DNA of 60,178 bases, the filler included, from Sphacelaria rigidula (Eukaryota), in NCBI GenBank assembly GCA_964200075.2. It is 8 parts of 8 records of this genome, joined end to end, with 100 filler letters (N's around TTAATTAATTAA, not from the genome) between each part and the next. Parts side by side here need not be neighbours in the genome. Positions count along the whole stretch, not along the records: positions 7,536 to 14,970 come from CAXNAA020014928.1; positions 15,071 to 22,505 come from CAXNAA020014929.1; positions 22,606 to 30,040 come from CAXNAA020014930.1; 5 more parts are not named here. One strand, 5' to 3'. Position numbers and translations under genes: made by a program. The notes beneath the pieces were generated by a model. It had not been told where the DNA came from. It did no database searches and was given only the letters and a program-made list of their open reading frames with translations. Below are positions 13,015 through 25,804 of the stretch, in pieces (position 1 is the first letter of the stretch; each line of letters starts with the position of its first letter).

Positions 13015-13520
13015 GAGCGCGGTCATGATGTTGCATGCCGTAGCCATAAAACCATTGACCTCGCAGCATCCCTACAGAGCCGGGAGGGAGCATGCCGTTT
13101 TTTTGCCGGACTACGCTCGTAATCAATCGCCAACCGCGAACCGCCGTCATGTATTCGGCGAGTTGCATGCGGGGGGACAGGCACTCTCCTAGGAGTTTTT
13201 GGCCCGAAGCGTACTGATTATCCCGCGTTTGGATGACAGCCTTGAATGAGTTGCTTCATTTTCCGGCATCGCCACTTCGTGAGACTGCCACGGGTTCCAC
13301 ACTGCCTCGTGGGTGTCTCACCATTTAGATATTACGTAGCACAACCATCCCTTTTGCGTGGAGTTCAGGTTCTCCCACCCCTCACAATATGATGTAGCTC
13401 GGCTTCTTTCATGGTTACCGCAAAAAAGTGCAATCGAGGAAAGAAACGGTGACATGTTTACCTACCTCACGCGGCGAGTGGCGTGTACTGCAGGGTCACT
13501 ACCAGGCGACGCCAACCCTT
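13015..13520. repeat. Dispersed repeat family A copy (opposite orientation to 2770-3225)
   Basis: CATGATGTTGCATGCCGTAG...GACCTCGCA...GAATGAGTTGCTTCATTTT shared with 36890-37455. Confidence 0.75.
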
Positions 13521-14301
13521 CAAAGGGAAAGTCACAGCAGAGGGGGGTTGGCGACGGTGCACCGGGTACAACAGTAATAGAACTAGTGACATATTTGGGG
13601 AAATGTGCAACCGCAACAGGCAATGCGGGCAGAAAGCACACGTAGCAGGACCGTATCACCCGTTCGTCAGAGGTTTTGGGCGCAATAACTGTAGCACACG
13701 AAGAATACTACCGGGGAGAGAGGCACGCTTCTCCTTCCCGACAATACAGTATCCGTTTCGACACTCACACGGAGTCCCAATGCAGAGCACCCCTTCATTG
13801 TGCAGGAGAGCGTGCCATCTGGGTTCGAGTGTATTGATTGAATGGTTGATTGTCGCACATGAAGTGATCTCCGAGGGACTCAACCCGTGTCACACGATTA
13901 ATGCAGACAAGGTAGACAAGGTAGACAAAACGGGGACGCTGGCTCAAGGGAAAACAAAGTAGGGCGGGAAAACCAAAACGAAGAACATACGGAAAAAAGT
14001 AAACTGAGAAACCAAAGACCAAAACACTGGCAAACAATAGCAGAAAAACAGGAACAAAAACAAGGACAGAAATAACAACAGACTACAAGCAGGGGGGGGA
14101 CAGGAGAGGAACGGAAAAGGACTAGGATAATATCGTGTAATTATAAGACAAAATAAGCAGTGCGGGAGAACAAAAATAAAAATAACCAGCCCCTGCAACG
14201 TCGGTCTTGGTGAAAAGAAGGCAGTTCGCAAAGAAGCACATGTACTCAAGCACAGAAGAAACCAAATAGGCCGTGAGAGGGAACTGCGGCTCAGCTATTC
14301 C

Positions 14302-14660
14302 CAGGGATTTTCACGTTACACGTTACACGTACGTTACACGTCACAAACGCACGTCACAAGGGTGTAACGTAACGTAACGTAACGTATGTTTTTCGAACAC
14401 GTCACAAATGTGACGTAACGTAGCGTACCGGTGAAAAAATGTGGTGTGACGTAACGTTCAATTTCTCAATACGTCACAAATGTGACGTGACTTGACGTAT
14501 TTTTTGTACGTCACCGTAACGTACTTTGAAACGTTTCCCGTAACGTGGAGCGTGCTTGATACGTTACGCGTCACAAAACACGTTACACGTCACAAAACAC
14601 GTTACACGTCACACTGTTGTACGTTTGTGACATCTGAATGAACGTCACGGCCGTCACACG
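14302..14660. repeat. CGTAA/CGTCA/TTACAC short-motif array, possibly a DNA transposon subterminal region
   Basis: Many ACGTTAC/ACGTCAC/GTAACGT units in both orientations, starting right after CAGGGATTTT. Confidence 0.6.
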
Positions 14661-14970
14661 CTCAACTTGTACCACAATTAGTCTGAGATTTGCATATGTG
14701 ATACTCGCATGATTTGATACATGGTCAAGAAGCGTGAGTGTCCACACGTCATCATAATACGCACACGATGTCAACGCAAGTTGAGCGCCACGGCAGCATG
14801 CACCGCCACACTACACCCAACAATAGTATGCATTACTTTGAGCTGCCGTGTACCGTTTTACTTATTGGTGTCACTTCAGTAGTATCAAAATATGGACTAA
14901 AGAGCGGATCATCTATGTTGCGGATGGAGATTTTTATTGAGGATGAGAACCCGGAGGATTAAAATCTTCG

Positions 14971-15070
14971 NNNNNNNNNNNNNNNNNNNNNNNNNNNNNN
15001 NNNNNNNNNNNNNNTTAATTAATTAANNNNNNNNNNNNNNNNNNNNNNNNNNNNNNNNNNNNNNNNNNNN
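14971..15070. other. Artificial contig spacer
   Basis: N44-TTAATTAATTAA-N44. Confidence 0.98.
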
Positions 15071-16570
15071 TCACTGATTGACCGCTTTTCACTCTCAATC
15101 GTATCATCTACTCTCAATCTCACGAAAACACTGTTAGGTGTCTATTGATCAGACAGAAAGCTCGTTCTTACTTGAATGATAGCTTGACGATTCACCTTCC
15201 TAGCTCTCAACCGTTTCCACCAGATGGCAAGCAGCGATTGAAGCAGATAAATGTCCCAGCTCAGTAGAGTGAATAGAGGTGCCAAGACGCGTAGTCCCAT
15301 GCCGAGCTTCCATCCACAGCCGAGGCGTTGCCGCTTCTCGGAGCAGGGGGGCATGAATCTGATCTGCCTACTAACCTATATCGAGGATGTGAAAACTCAC
15401 GGCGACTATTTTTCTCACGGAAAAATCCTTGACCTGCACAAACGACGTGATCTTCGGGTCTGGGAAGAGATGCTGCAACCGCCTCTCCACCTCATGACAG
15501 CACCGCTAGGGGAACTGGTAAATCGCGTCGCATGCAGCGCTTTTGTGAAGTAGAGTACAATGCACAAGATCTGGCACCCAATCGAGCGAATGTCACGAAC
15601 AATCGCGAAGTATGCGGGTGGAAACAGCGTGGTATCCAAAGTGCGTGCTTCGCTGAGGATTATTTGTGCGGACCATTCTCCACGCAATCGACACAACACT
15701 ACTACTATGTATGCGCGCGTGCTTCACAGAACCTTACTACAAAATGTTTTCTTTGCGATTGTGTCGACCCTTGTATACCAACGGCGGCGCAGGGCAAAAC
15801 AAGACCGTATAGCCTGGCCTGTAATAATCTTGAGCGTAAAATTTACAAATGTCACATTCAATCCCTCATCTCACGCCGATGTGCTGTGTGTGTGTCCACT
15901 GTACTATTTTTAGAAGGTAGGAGTTAGTTTTGGACTCCCATGGGGAAGAAGGTGAGGTGCGTTGCGTCAGGGAGATAGATGTACGATGGATGGTCATATT
16001 GTGGAATTGTTGTTGTTATTGTCTTCACATCAAAAACCGTTCCGATATCTGCGCGGTACATTCGTACTGGGCATCTGATGCGGACGCCTTCCGCGGCCAC
16101 CGGCTAGCTACCTATATATAGTAAGGTATGAGGAAATCAAACAGAACCGAGAAACAAGAGAGATTTAGATTAAAACTCACGAAACGCGATACAAGCCAAA
16201 CAGGGAAAAATAATAAAGAAGAAAGAGAATACATATGGCTAACCTCAGAAGATCCGGCGCCGCAGGTGACCATTCGGACTTCAGGGAGTGGCACCCGGCT
16301 TTCCAACTAGACGCGCGAGGCCAAGTAGAAACGAACATAGGGTCCGACTACGGGCGAGACTCAAGGCCCCAAATACCACCACCAACCAAAGAACGAAGAA
16401 TCGCAAAGTTCCATCTTTCGACCTCTCGAGGGACAGCCACACGTAATTGGTTGTTGAAATCTTGGGGTTTCGAATGTGATGTTTTTTTTCAATGTCCTCC
16501 TGTCATGTGACACTCACTGTATATGTAGATGTAGCCTTCTTGTTCGGTAGTACCGTAGAGTACGTAGCAA

Positions 16571-16825
16571 ACAATTTCTACGATAGCCCCCTCCCGAAAA
16601 AAGTGCCTGGTTTGGGGAGGCAAAATTTTCACGTAAATCCAAGTGGAAGAAGCCGGGCACAACGAGCAGCTGGAAATTCCCACGCTCGGGTTCGTTCACG
16701 CCAATGATGGTCGCCCGTATGAGGCGCTTCATGCAGCCTAAACTCAAACATCAGGCGCTGTATATATATTTTCTTCGTGACACTTTCGGGCTGGTTGGGG
16801 GGGGGAGCTATGGCAAAAAGTGTCG
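16571..16825. mobile_element. MITE family B copy
   Basis: Homologous to 25365-25611, with degenerate TIRs. Confidence 0.7.
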
Positions 16826-19800
16826 GCATTCATTCGTTGTGTTTTCAGAGGAGGAAGACGCAGGCATTCTCTTTGATAGGGGAACATTGTTTCCGTGTAT
16901 TAGTGGGGGTGGGGTACTCTTAAATTTTTGGTGCTGACGACTGGGTCGTAATTTGTGTGTGTATGTGTATATGACATGTGTGTGAGGAAGGCGTATCGCT
17001 AGAGTAGTCAGAGACCTACGGGTGAGACTGTCGTCCTGATGCCGAAGGAACTCCGAGGCTGGTGATGAGTTCCTCTTTTATATGTAGGCAAGAAGTTGGA
17101 TTAGACGACAAGTGGTCGCCTGGGGGCGACCAGTTCCTCGGGGGATGTTGGTCCGTCCTGATATCAGGCTCTTCCTGGCATTACCCCGAGTTGTCTAGTT
17201 TGGTTGACAATACAGGGTCCTCGGTAACCTGGTCTATCCGGACCGTTCCTACCTTGTACCTGCTTGCGCTGGTTCTTCATACATGTGTGGCATCAGCCTC
17301 TGATAAGTCACTGCAAAGCGGTATATTCTACATATGCACTGCCGGCTGGCTGCTCAACACAGAATCCGCTATTGAGAGCGGAAACTGTATTTTCATGTGG
17401 TGGAGGAGTGCGAGTGGGTATCGGGTGGAAGGGAAAGAAAAACTACTTTGTTGCGCACCTCCAACGTCACCACCCGCCCCTCTCTGCCAACTTTCCCCCG
17501 AGAACGGAAGGAGTTGTCCTGCCGGGTTCGGCATATTTATATATGTATATAATATATTTATGTACAATAGTGGACGAACCATTGTTCTCGGTTGCCTGGT
17601 GCTTCAAAATATGCCACCGCTAGAGCGCGAAATAAGTGCTGTAGTAGCTGTATCCTCTCGTGACGAGAACGTCACACGACAACCCTCAGTGAAAAGGACA
17701 TCTGCAGCGCGGAACCGCCACCATTCACGGCGCTCGCTGCAGCCTTTACCTTCAAAACTCGCAATAATGCACACTACCCCGTACAAAGATGCGTGCATCA
17801 TTCGATCAGGGTAGCTTCATACTCGCCACCCTAGCGGTGGGAAGCTTTTTGGCGACTCGGAAATAGCGGCAAGAAGCTATCGGCCAGGCAGCTACCAGCG
17901 TGGTCAGGAACCAAGAGGGAAGGGATCTATCTAAAAAAATAGCTGCCCCCTAGAACGCGTCAAGCAATGCCCTCTCGGTGACGATTCAGGCCGCCATCTC
18001 TACAGGAGCAAAACGCCACACACTATACCCATTGGCTTTGACAGGTAGATTCGAGGCCCCTGAAGACAGTCTCAAGTCGCGCGTGTGGAACTGGAGCCGA
18101 GCGGTATTCATTCAACGTTCTTCACCGACCGCCTGCGGCTTGCCCTCGAGGTTCTCATGTTTGTAGGCGTTTCCGTTTCTATTTTCATTTCGGATTTGGT
18201 TTTTGACTTTGATTCTTGTTTGGTGTTGGCATTTGGATGCACACAGAAAAATCGCATTCTTATCTTCGTTCCCACCCGGAGTCTGCTTTTCATAATGATT
18301 ATACCCCAGTGGTATCCGCTGGTAAATGTACTACAGTCAAGGAATATTCACCAAGGCACAGCCGGTTAATAAAAACATACCGTAAAGCGCAACAACAAAT
18401 ACAACAAGTAGGCAGATCCATACTATTACTCATGATCTACACACGGCATGAAACCCGATCGTGTCGAAATGATGAACGACCACGACCGCACGAACCTCAC
18501 GAACCGTGGCGCGATCTGCTGCTGCACATCATCTACCGAAACGTGCAACATGCAGGAAAAATCACAACCAACTACTTTACAGTCAACATTTGTGTTGACG
18601 CGAGTCCCCTATACACCGCTGTTGCTACAATGGAATAAAATCACCCACGGACCTTGATTAACGCCAGTGCACCACGTTGAGACGAAAAAACAATCCAACC
18701 GTTTCATGACGCTACAACGAACGCCACATACCCACCACCACCTCTTCTATCCACGCTGCTATGTTACACCTGAAGCTGCCCACGATGTGTGCCCATCATC
18801 TCTCACGCAACGACATACGCCACTGCCGAAAAACTAACCACACCACAACCACCACCTACAGCTTGCAACCTATCACCACATGTAAAATAAAAACACAAGA
18901 AAATATAAAAGAAACGAAGGCAAAAGAGTTCACGAGTTAATTCACCAAAAAGCACGGGACAACCAACCTCAAGCTTCCTCGATCGATCGAAAGAGTCCGA
19001 CAAGGACTGCACCCTTTTATGCACCCAAGCTACGAACGCCGGCTCGGCATACAATTACAGCAGATACATAGCTAGATAGATACTCTTCCTGAATAAAATC
19101 ACTGTCATGAGGACGGGAACATCTTCTGCACACTCCGTTCGTTCGTCCCTTTCGTGTCACAAACGACACTTACCTTAGCCGTCTCTGATCCGCTCACCAG
19201 GCACCCCGAGGTGAAACCCTACCCCGCTCCTCACCATTATTCGGAGATCGCAAAGGGCAAAGCAAAAGGCAGATGCAGAACGAGACCCCCCCCTCCCAAT
19301 ACCCATGCTTGCTTTATGGGATGCTGCTTTTACCCCAGAGCCGCCTCAGTAGACAGACCAGAGTTTGGATCACAATCTCCTCACCTCCCCCTCCCCTTCC
19401 TCTCGTCACCCCGCCACCATCAAGCAATAAAAAGCGTAAAATTGAACCGCAGTGTTGTTTGGGCAAAGCAGCCAACCCAAAACGCAACAGCACCGTACTG
19501 TACAACAAACCCAACCGAAGCGCAGATATACGGAGTGCTACAACCACCGCACAACACCCACCCATCGGTAAAACAAGGTACCGAGGTCGTATCTCCCCGA
19601 CCTAAGTTCAGCAATCACACCACCACCTCATCGCCGTACAGGCTAGGACTGCGTACGCGAAAAAAAAAAATCGGCCCCACTGCAACGCAATCCATTACAA
19701 CCCCCGACCACACCGCTTGCACCGCCGCTCCTGTATGTCCGCCCACTGACTTTCTAAACGTCCGCCTCTGCCAGCATTTCTTCCTCCCGAACCATTACGC

Positions 19801-20046
19801 GGTGGTCATAACTCTGCCCATCGCTGCACCAAATCACCATTACCATCCCCTTCGCCACCTCAACCAGAAGGAAGAACTTCCGTGGCCGCAAGTTCGACCA
19901 TTGGCTTCCACGCCCCCGCGGCGGTAACCGCGGCTACAACCGCCGACACCGCCACTTTATCCTACAGAAACAACGCGCGGAGGCGGGAGCTCCGTCCACC
20001 AGTGCAACAAATCATCACCATCACCACAAACGCTGCCGTCGCCATG

Positions 20047-20360
20047 TCACCAGTAGGAAGACTTCCCGCGGGTGTAAGTCCGACCACCGGCTTCCGGGCC
20101 CCCGCCACGAGCGCTGCCGCTGCCATATCCGCCTCGATTTCCAGCAGTAGCCGACGAGCGAGATGAACCGCTGCGGTTGCCGCCGCTGTACCTACCACCG
20201 CCGCCGCCAGCGTAGTGAGCACCGCCGTTGCTGGGAGGGGTCTCAATGCTGTACCGGCGTGTCCTGTCGTATTGCTGCTTGGAGTCCGGAGACGTGAGGA
20301 TACGGTACGCCTCGGAGACCAGGCGGAAGCTGTGCGCGGCACTCTCCTCCTTGTTCTTGT
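20047..20360 (-). CDS. J-domain (DnaJ/Hsp40) protein, last exon with Gly-rich tail
   Basis: ACACAG acceptor completes HP|D; DKNKEESAAHSFRLVSEAYRILTSPDSKQQYD gives J-domain helices III-IV; stop TGA at 20047. Confidence 0.85.
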
Positions 20361-21039
20361 CTGTGTTTTGGTTCAGTATTTCAACATCCGACGATTCGTG
20401 CAACAATGTGGAGGGGAACGAGGCCTCCGGTTACATGCCATCTGGGGGGAAACGACATATATCCATGTATGTAAATACCCCAAGTCGTCGTGAAAACATA
20501 CACTCACAGCTTGGTTTACGTGAGAACATGCTAGAAATCGACAGGTGTGGTTGCGATCAAATAAAGTTCGGCTAGTCACGCTCCACATCGATCAACACGC
20601 GCAGTAAGCATCAGAATGCGTACGATCAACGGTTTCTTGCCTACACGGAGGGGGGAAAGGGGGCGTGAAGGACTTGAGTCAACAGGAGGAGACAGTCCGA
20701 GTACAAGCTACTTCAACCCTAAGAACAGGATTCCAAAAGCTAGTAACTATAGCTCCCAAAGTCCCTTGGAGGAGAAAGCAGTGCGAAAAGATGATTCCTT
20801 GACCGACACCTGTGGGAGTTTGTCCCTTTTATGTGGTGGTTCCCACATTACTCCCTCCCTTCATGAGCCTCTTGGGGGTTTTGTAGGAGTAACCATTTAC
20901 GCCGGCTAGCGGTTAGAATTTCGCCTTTCAAGTCACATATTTTTCACGTGTGTTACGTCGTTCTACCAGGAATTACCGCAGGAGATTTTCCGTGAGCTTT
21001 GAACTCTGCTACAGAGGGTATCCACCATTTTTTTCAGCT

Positions 21040-21125
21040 CCCACTTTTTTAGTGGGATTGTGGATTCGAACCCGAGACCTTCTGTTCGTGAAGCGTACGA
21101 GCTATCTCATGATGTCGCCAGTGTG
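21040..21125 (-). mobile_element. tRNA-like (SINE head) relic
   Basis: B-box GGTTCGAATCC on the minus strand; A-box and cloverleaf degenerate. Confidence 0.4.
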
Positions 21126-21954
21126 AAAAAGTGATGCCTTGACCGACGCTGGTGGGAATATGCCCCTTCTACGGGGTGGTTCCCACCTATATAACGATCG
21201 CGTCTAGGAAGAGGGAGGGTACCGGGGAGGAGGGAGGGGGAGGAGGGGACAGAGAGATTGGTCAATACCATCACACATGGAAAGTACCACTCAGGACTTT
21301 TCGACAAATTATAATCCCCAAGAACACAACACACGCATGAACTGCTCCCGCTCTTTTTTCTCAAGCCTTTCGCAGCGGAATACTCTAACGGTCACCTCGG
21401 ATGCCACCTGGGGCACATATGTCAACGTTAGAAAATGCGTGATTCTAGTGTGAACCCCTGCCGGAGCACCTGTGTGCCAGCCAGCCCCATTATATGAGGC
21501 GACCTGACTCATGAGGAAACAAACCATCACCGAATGCTTTCCCCGTAGAATACACGAAACCGCAACAAAACCGTATCAACGAAAAAGAGTTTCATGACAA
21601 ACCACTCCATCTATCTTCGGTCAGTCGTTCCCAACGCCAGTTGTTCTGCTCCCCCGAGCGCAAAATAGGTACGAGTACAGTGCACTACAGACCCCATGAA
21701 GAAAAACACGTGAGGAAAAATACATACTTTTTTTGTCCAACGGCTCCAAGATTACATGAACCTGAATAGTTGAGGACGACACAACACACTTTCCTGTTTT
21801 GATCATTCGTCGGGTGGGGTGGTGTATGCGAATAGAATGGAGGTGCACAGTTATGAAGCACAGAGTCGAGATCACCGGCGTTGAAATTGAAGCGGGTGAT
21901 ATTGCTTGGAAGAGGCCTCGCGGCAAAAAGGTCGGAGGAGGTGAGGCAACGCAC

Positions 21955-22057
21955 CCGGATGATACTTGAGCGCCAGCTTGCGGTAAGCTTTCTTGATCGC
22001 CGCTTCTGATGCGTCCTTGTTCAGCCCAAGCCTGCGATAGTAACTATCGCTTGTGAT
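21955..22057 (-). CDS. J-domain (DnaJ/Hsp40) protein exon ITSDSYYRRLGLNKDASEAAIKKAYRKLALKYHP
   Basis: Canonical J-domain helices I-II; CAG acceptor, GTGCGT donor, phase 1; upstream exon(s) not identified. Confidence 0.9.
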
Positions 22058-22439
22058 CTGATCCCCGGAAAATAAAATAAAACAGCAAAACGGGATTGTA
22101 GCGGGGGGGGAAAAAGTACTGAGTAAATTGAGAGCAGGCCAGAGTTGTATTTTGTGACAAAAATGTGGCTCGCGTGCATGAACAAACGAACGACTAGGCG
22201 CAATTTCACATGGGCACTAACCCCGCACTAAAATGATGCAACTATTAAGCACAGATTTTGGCGAGACTTCCGAGTGTCATGGATTGAAAACAATGAAACA
22301 CGCAACGTCCAAAAAACGAACCGAACGGATGGCTCTCAGTCAGTATAAAGCGGTTAGAAATGAAAGAGAAGAAAAACGGCCATGGAGGATGCGGAATTGG
22401 CAATCCTGTTTGACTACCCACCGACAAGCACGATCAAGC

Positions 22440-22445
22440 ATCATT

Positions 22446-22505
<60 letters not shown>
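22440..22505. repeat. (ATC)n microsatellite at contig end
   Basis: Direct inspection. Confidence 0.95.
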
Positions 22506-22605
22506 NNNNNNNNNNNNNNNNNNNNNNNNNNNNNNNNNNNNNNNNNNNNTTAATTAATTAANNNNNNNNNNNNNNNNNNNNNNNNNNNNNNNNNNNNNNN
22601 NNNNN
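22506..22605. other. Artificial contig spacer
   Basis: N44-TTAATTAATTAA-N44. Confidence 0.98.
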
Positions 22606-23439
22606 GTGCTGGTTAAACTTGTCTCTTTTTTTTTTTTCTCTTTACCTGGTACACGTGAGGCCGATTTGTCTTGGGACGTCCCCCCCCCCCCCATTATTCA
22701 TGTTTCGAAAATCCCACCGGAACATTTGCCGTTTTGCCTGGGGTTTCATGCCCCTGGACCGTAGGTCACATCCCCACACTCCACAACTCCACAGACATCG
22801 ACATTGGAGTCAGCTCTCTCACATAACTTACCGACAAACCTAGTGGAGCAGCACATCAAATCTTGGGGGCATGGCATGGACTATGGCCGTCACGCTGCTG
22901 TCATTGCTGACGAAGATGAAGTTTTCACATTGCTTGTGCCCCGATGAGAATTAAAAAAAATATCCCGGCGGGGTACGTGGGTAAACAAGAAGTAGTTGAC
23001 TGAGTTTGTTTGATGAGTCTTGACGTGGCGCGGGAGTGCTGATAGGCATGACCCAATCCGCGAGACCAAAATGCAAGGTGTGTACCGAGGAGAGATGGGT
23101 TGATCCCTTGAGGTTATTACAGTAGATCATTGGACCACAGACTCTTCCCGAGGGAGGGGAGGGGTTCAAAGTGGGACAAATCAAAAACGAAAATGATGGA
23201 AGAAAACAAATCCGGGCGGGGTACTGCGATATCAAGAACTGGATCCCCGTCAGCAACTACAGCGGCACAACGTCCACGACACAAGGCATTCCCGAAGACT
23301 TGATGTGCTGCTCCACTGAGTGTCTCGGTACGTTATGCAACAAAGCTGCAAAGCTGACGCCAATCACCGCTCTGTGTGTGGTGTTATGGGTTTCGAGGAT
23401 ATGAGCTATGGCCCAACGGCATGAAAACTCGGAAAAATA

Positions 23440-23682
23440 CAAGGTTGTGTTCTGTAGGGTAATATCAGAATGTGGAGGATTTTTGGTTGGCATACTAAAC
23501 CATACCGAAATATGAAATGTATACCGAACATCCCGCTACGGTCCGGCGGGGTATCGAGCCTTGTTCCGAAGAGTCTGGTGGGGTTCGGAAGAGCATTTGC
23601 CGATGAAATGCCTCTCTTTTACTTGTGTAAATATCCTAATGGTGACAATTTCAGCCGGTATACCCTACAGAACACGACCTCG
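23440..23682. mobile_element. hAT-type MITE, 243 bp, 22-bp TIRs, 8-bp TSD GAAAAATA
   Basis: CAAGGTTGTGTTCTGTAGGGTA / TACCCTACAGAACACGACCTCG; GAAAAATA at 23432-23439 and 23683-23690. Confidence 0.85.
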
Positions 23683-23844
23683 GAAAAATATGAGCATATG
23701 CCGATGAGATTTTTTAAGAAAACATCCACCCGAGAAGAAAGATTCCGCGGCTCTACAAGCTTCGAGCTATCAGCCATTCATACGGACTCGCTTTGAAACA
23801 AATCTGTTACTCAACGCTAGTTCTCTTGATCCACGAGACATCCA

Positions 23845-24135
23845 TAAGGCAGTGTTTAAGCCGTGGCTGTCTCTGGAAGTGGCGATACCAGACGATGAAG
23901 CAACTCATTAGAGGCTGTCATCCATGTGCAAAATGTTTAGTACGCTTCGGGCCGAACAATCTTGGCAGGATGCAGGTCATCTTTCATGCGACTCGCCGAA
24001 CACATCACGGCTCTTCGCGCTTGGTGATTGCGAGCCTGGTTCAGCGAAACCCGGCGTGCTCCGTCTCGGCTCTGTAGGGATCCGAAATCAACGGCCTCAT
24101 GACCACGGCATGCAAGAGCATGATACGCCCCCCTC
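23845..24135. repeat. Dispersed repeat family A copy
   Basis: Homologous to 2930-3225. Confidence 0.75.
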
Positions 24136-24178
24136 CCCCTTCCCCTCGCCCCTTCCCCTCGCCCGTGGCGATGCTCAG

Positions 24179-24502
24179 GAGCTGGAGGCCCAACAGCTCA
24201 GAGCGGCACAACAGGCAGGTGCAGCAACAGAGTGCTCGAAGCCTAATCAAACCAGCCATGCCAGTAGTAGTAGTAGTAGTAGTAGTAGGAGTCCTAGTTG
24301 TAGTGGCAGTACTGCTGGTGGGCAGCCTGACCCTGTGCCCGCTGTGGGGGGCAAGGGATGGGGAGCAGGGCGGTCGTCTGGTGCGTTCGGCTCATCTTCG
24401 GCATTCGGGGCGATGAAGAGTGGCACTGCGAGTCGTAGTGGTAGTAGTAGCAGCGGTGGGACGAAGAAAAAGATCGTCATCAAGCTGAAAAAGAAGAGCT
24501 GA
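24179..24502 (+). CDS. Probable terminal exon of an unknown gene (Ser/Gly-rich, ends KKKIVIKLKKKS)
   Basis: Pyrimidine tract plus CTCAG acceptor; 108 codons to TGA; coding-like composition. Confidence 0.55.
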   Translation, partial: ELEAQQLRAAQQAGAATECSKPNQTSHASSSSSSSSRSPSCSGSTAGGQPDPVPAVGGKGWGAGRSSGAFGSSSAFGAMKSGTASRSGSSSSGGTKKKIVIKLKKKS

Positions 24503-25364
24503 TACCCTACAAACAGTACAGATTCCCCCCCCCACTTTCATTTTTTCCGTCGTGCTTCAAGAAGGGTGGGTAGTGAGGCACATGTATTTGTGTAGATGTC
24601 TTTATGCCTGTTCAAGTGGATTTCGTGATATTCATAGTAACTACTGTATTATGCTGTACTGTAAATTATACTGTAAAGGCCCCGCGGATCCGCACTGACT
24701 GAACAATGACGTCAGGGTGCTTTCGTGAGGGACGAGGTGTCGAGCTTCCACCCTGTATGGTGTGGTTGTGGCGTACTCACCGAGTAGGGGGGTGAGGCAG
24801 CGATGTACCGTGCGGGGCAATGGGTGTGGGCTCATACGCTGGAGCACGGGACAACCTGGCAATGATATATTCGAGTTTTTTCTAGTCACGAGGTTTCTGA
24901 GGCGGTTGTGGACATGCGCGCCAAAGCGCGTTTCTGCTGTATTTCAACTTTTTATTTTTATTTTATTTATTAATCTTTCCAGTCCGGGTGCTTGAGGTGT
25001 CCATGTGCGCGCCAAAACATGTTTCCAATGTATGTGTTTATTCGTGTCGTTCGTGTGGCGTTTGCTTCGGTTGTTTCGTAGGAAAGAGGAGTTTGGAGCA
25101 GCAGCAACAAAATTACCTGTGCGGGTAAGAAGATACATATATTTTCGGCGCGAAGTCGGGCTGGTTTTTGTTGTAAACCGCAAGGAGACTCGGCCAGGTA
25201 CCTCTCGCCACGGTTAAAGTTTGTTCAGCACAAGAGCGGTGCGGACCTTGAATTTTCTTTTATCGTGTTTCCTCACCAATCGCGTCTTGTCGGTATGTCG
25301 TCCAGCGGTCTGTTGACGAACGCGTTGCTACTCCAGACTTGGGATGGATGTGCCTCTCTCGAGT

Positions 25365-25611
25365 GACACTTTCTACGATAGCCCCCCCCCAAAAGTGCAT
25401 GGTTTTGGGAGGCAAAATCTTCACGTAAATCGAGATGGGAAAAGCCGAGCACAACGAGCAGCTGGGAATTCCCACGCTTGGGTTCGTTCTTGCCAATGTT
25501 GCCAATACGAGGCGCTTCATGCAACCTGAACCCAAACACAGGCGCTGTATGGCCATTTTTTTCGTGACACTTTTGGGCTGGTTTTGGGGGGCGGCTATCG
25601 TAGAAAGTATC
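25365..25611. mobile_element. MITE family B with 19-bp TIRs
   Basis: GACACTTTCTACGATAGCC / GGCTATCGTAGAAAGTATC (18/19 match); further copies at 16571 and 36675. Confidence 0.8.
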
Positions 25612-25804
25612 GAATGAGAAGGTGAAAGTCGTGACCAAGAAACCTTGTGGAACGGGGTATTGCTACTCTTCAAATACGAACGGTAAAAATATGAAATGTG
25701 AAAAAAGAAACGAGGGTGCTCGAATGTTCCCCCGGAAGTTTCTGGTTACGTGCAACCTTTCACGCCACGGCTGGCCTGCCCGCAGTAATGTACCAACTGA
25801 AACA

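Noticed and set aside
17062-17814. 250-aa + strand ORF
   Set aside because: No domain signal, contains AT microsatellite-like stretches, and has no supporting splice structure.
19154-19927. 257-aa + strand ORF
   Set aside because: No recognisable motif; antisense to the DnaJ 3' region and low complexity.
4638-24502. One long + strand gene (PUF60-like to the 24502 stop) with DnaJ nested antisense in an intron
   Set aside because: The pieces lie on different contigs separated by artificial spacers.
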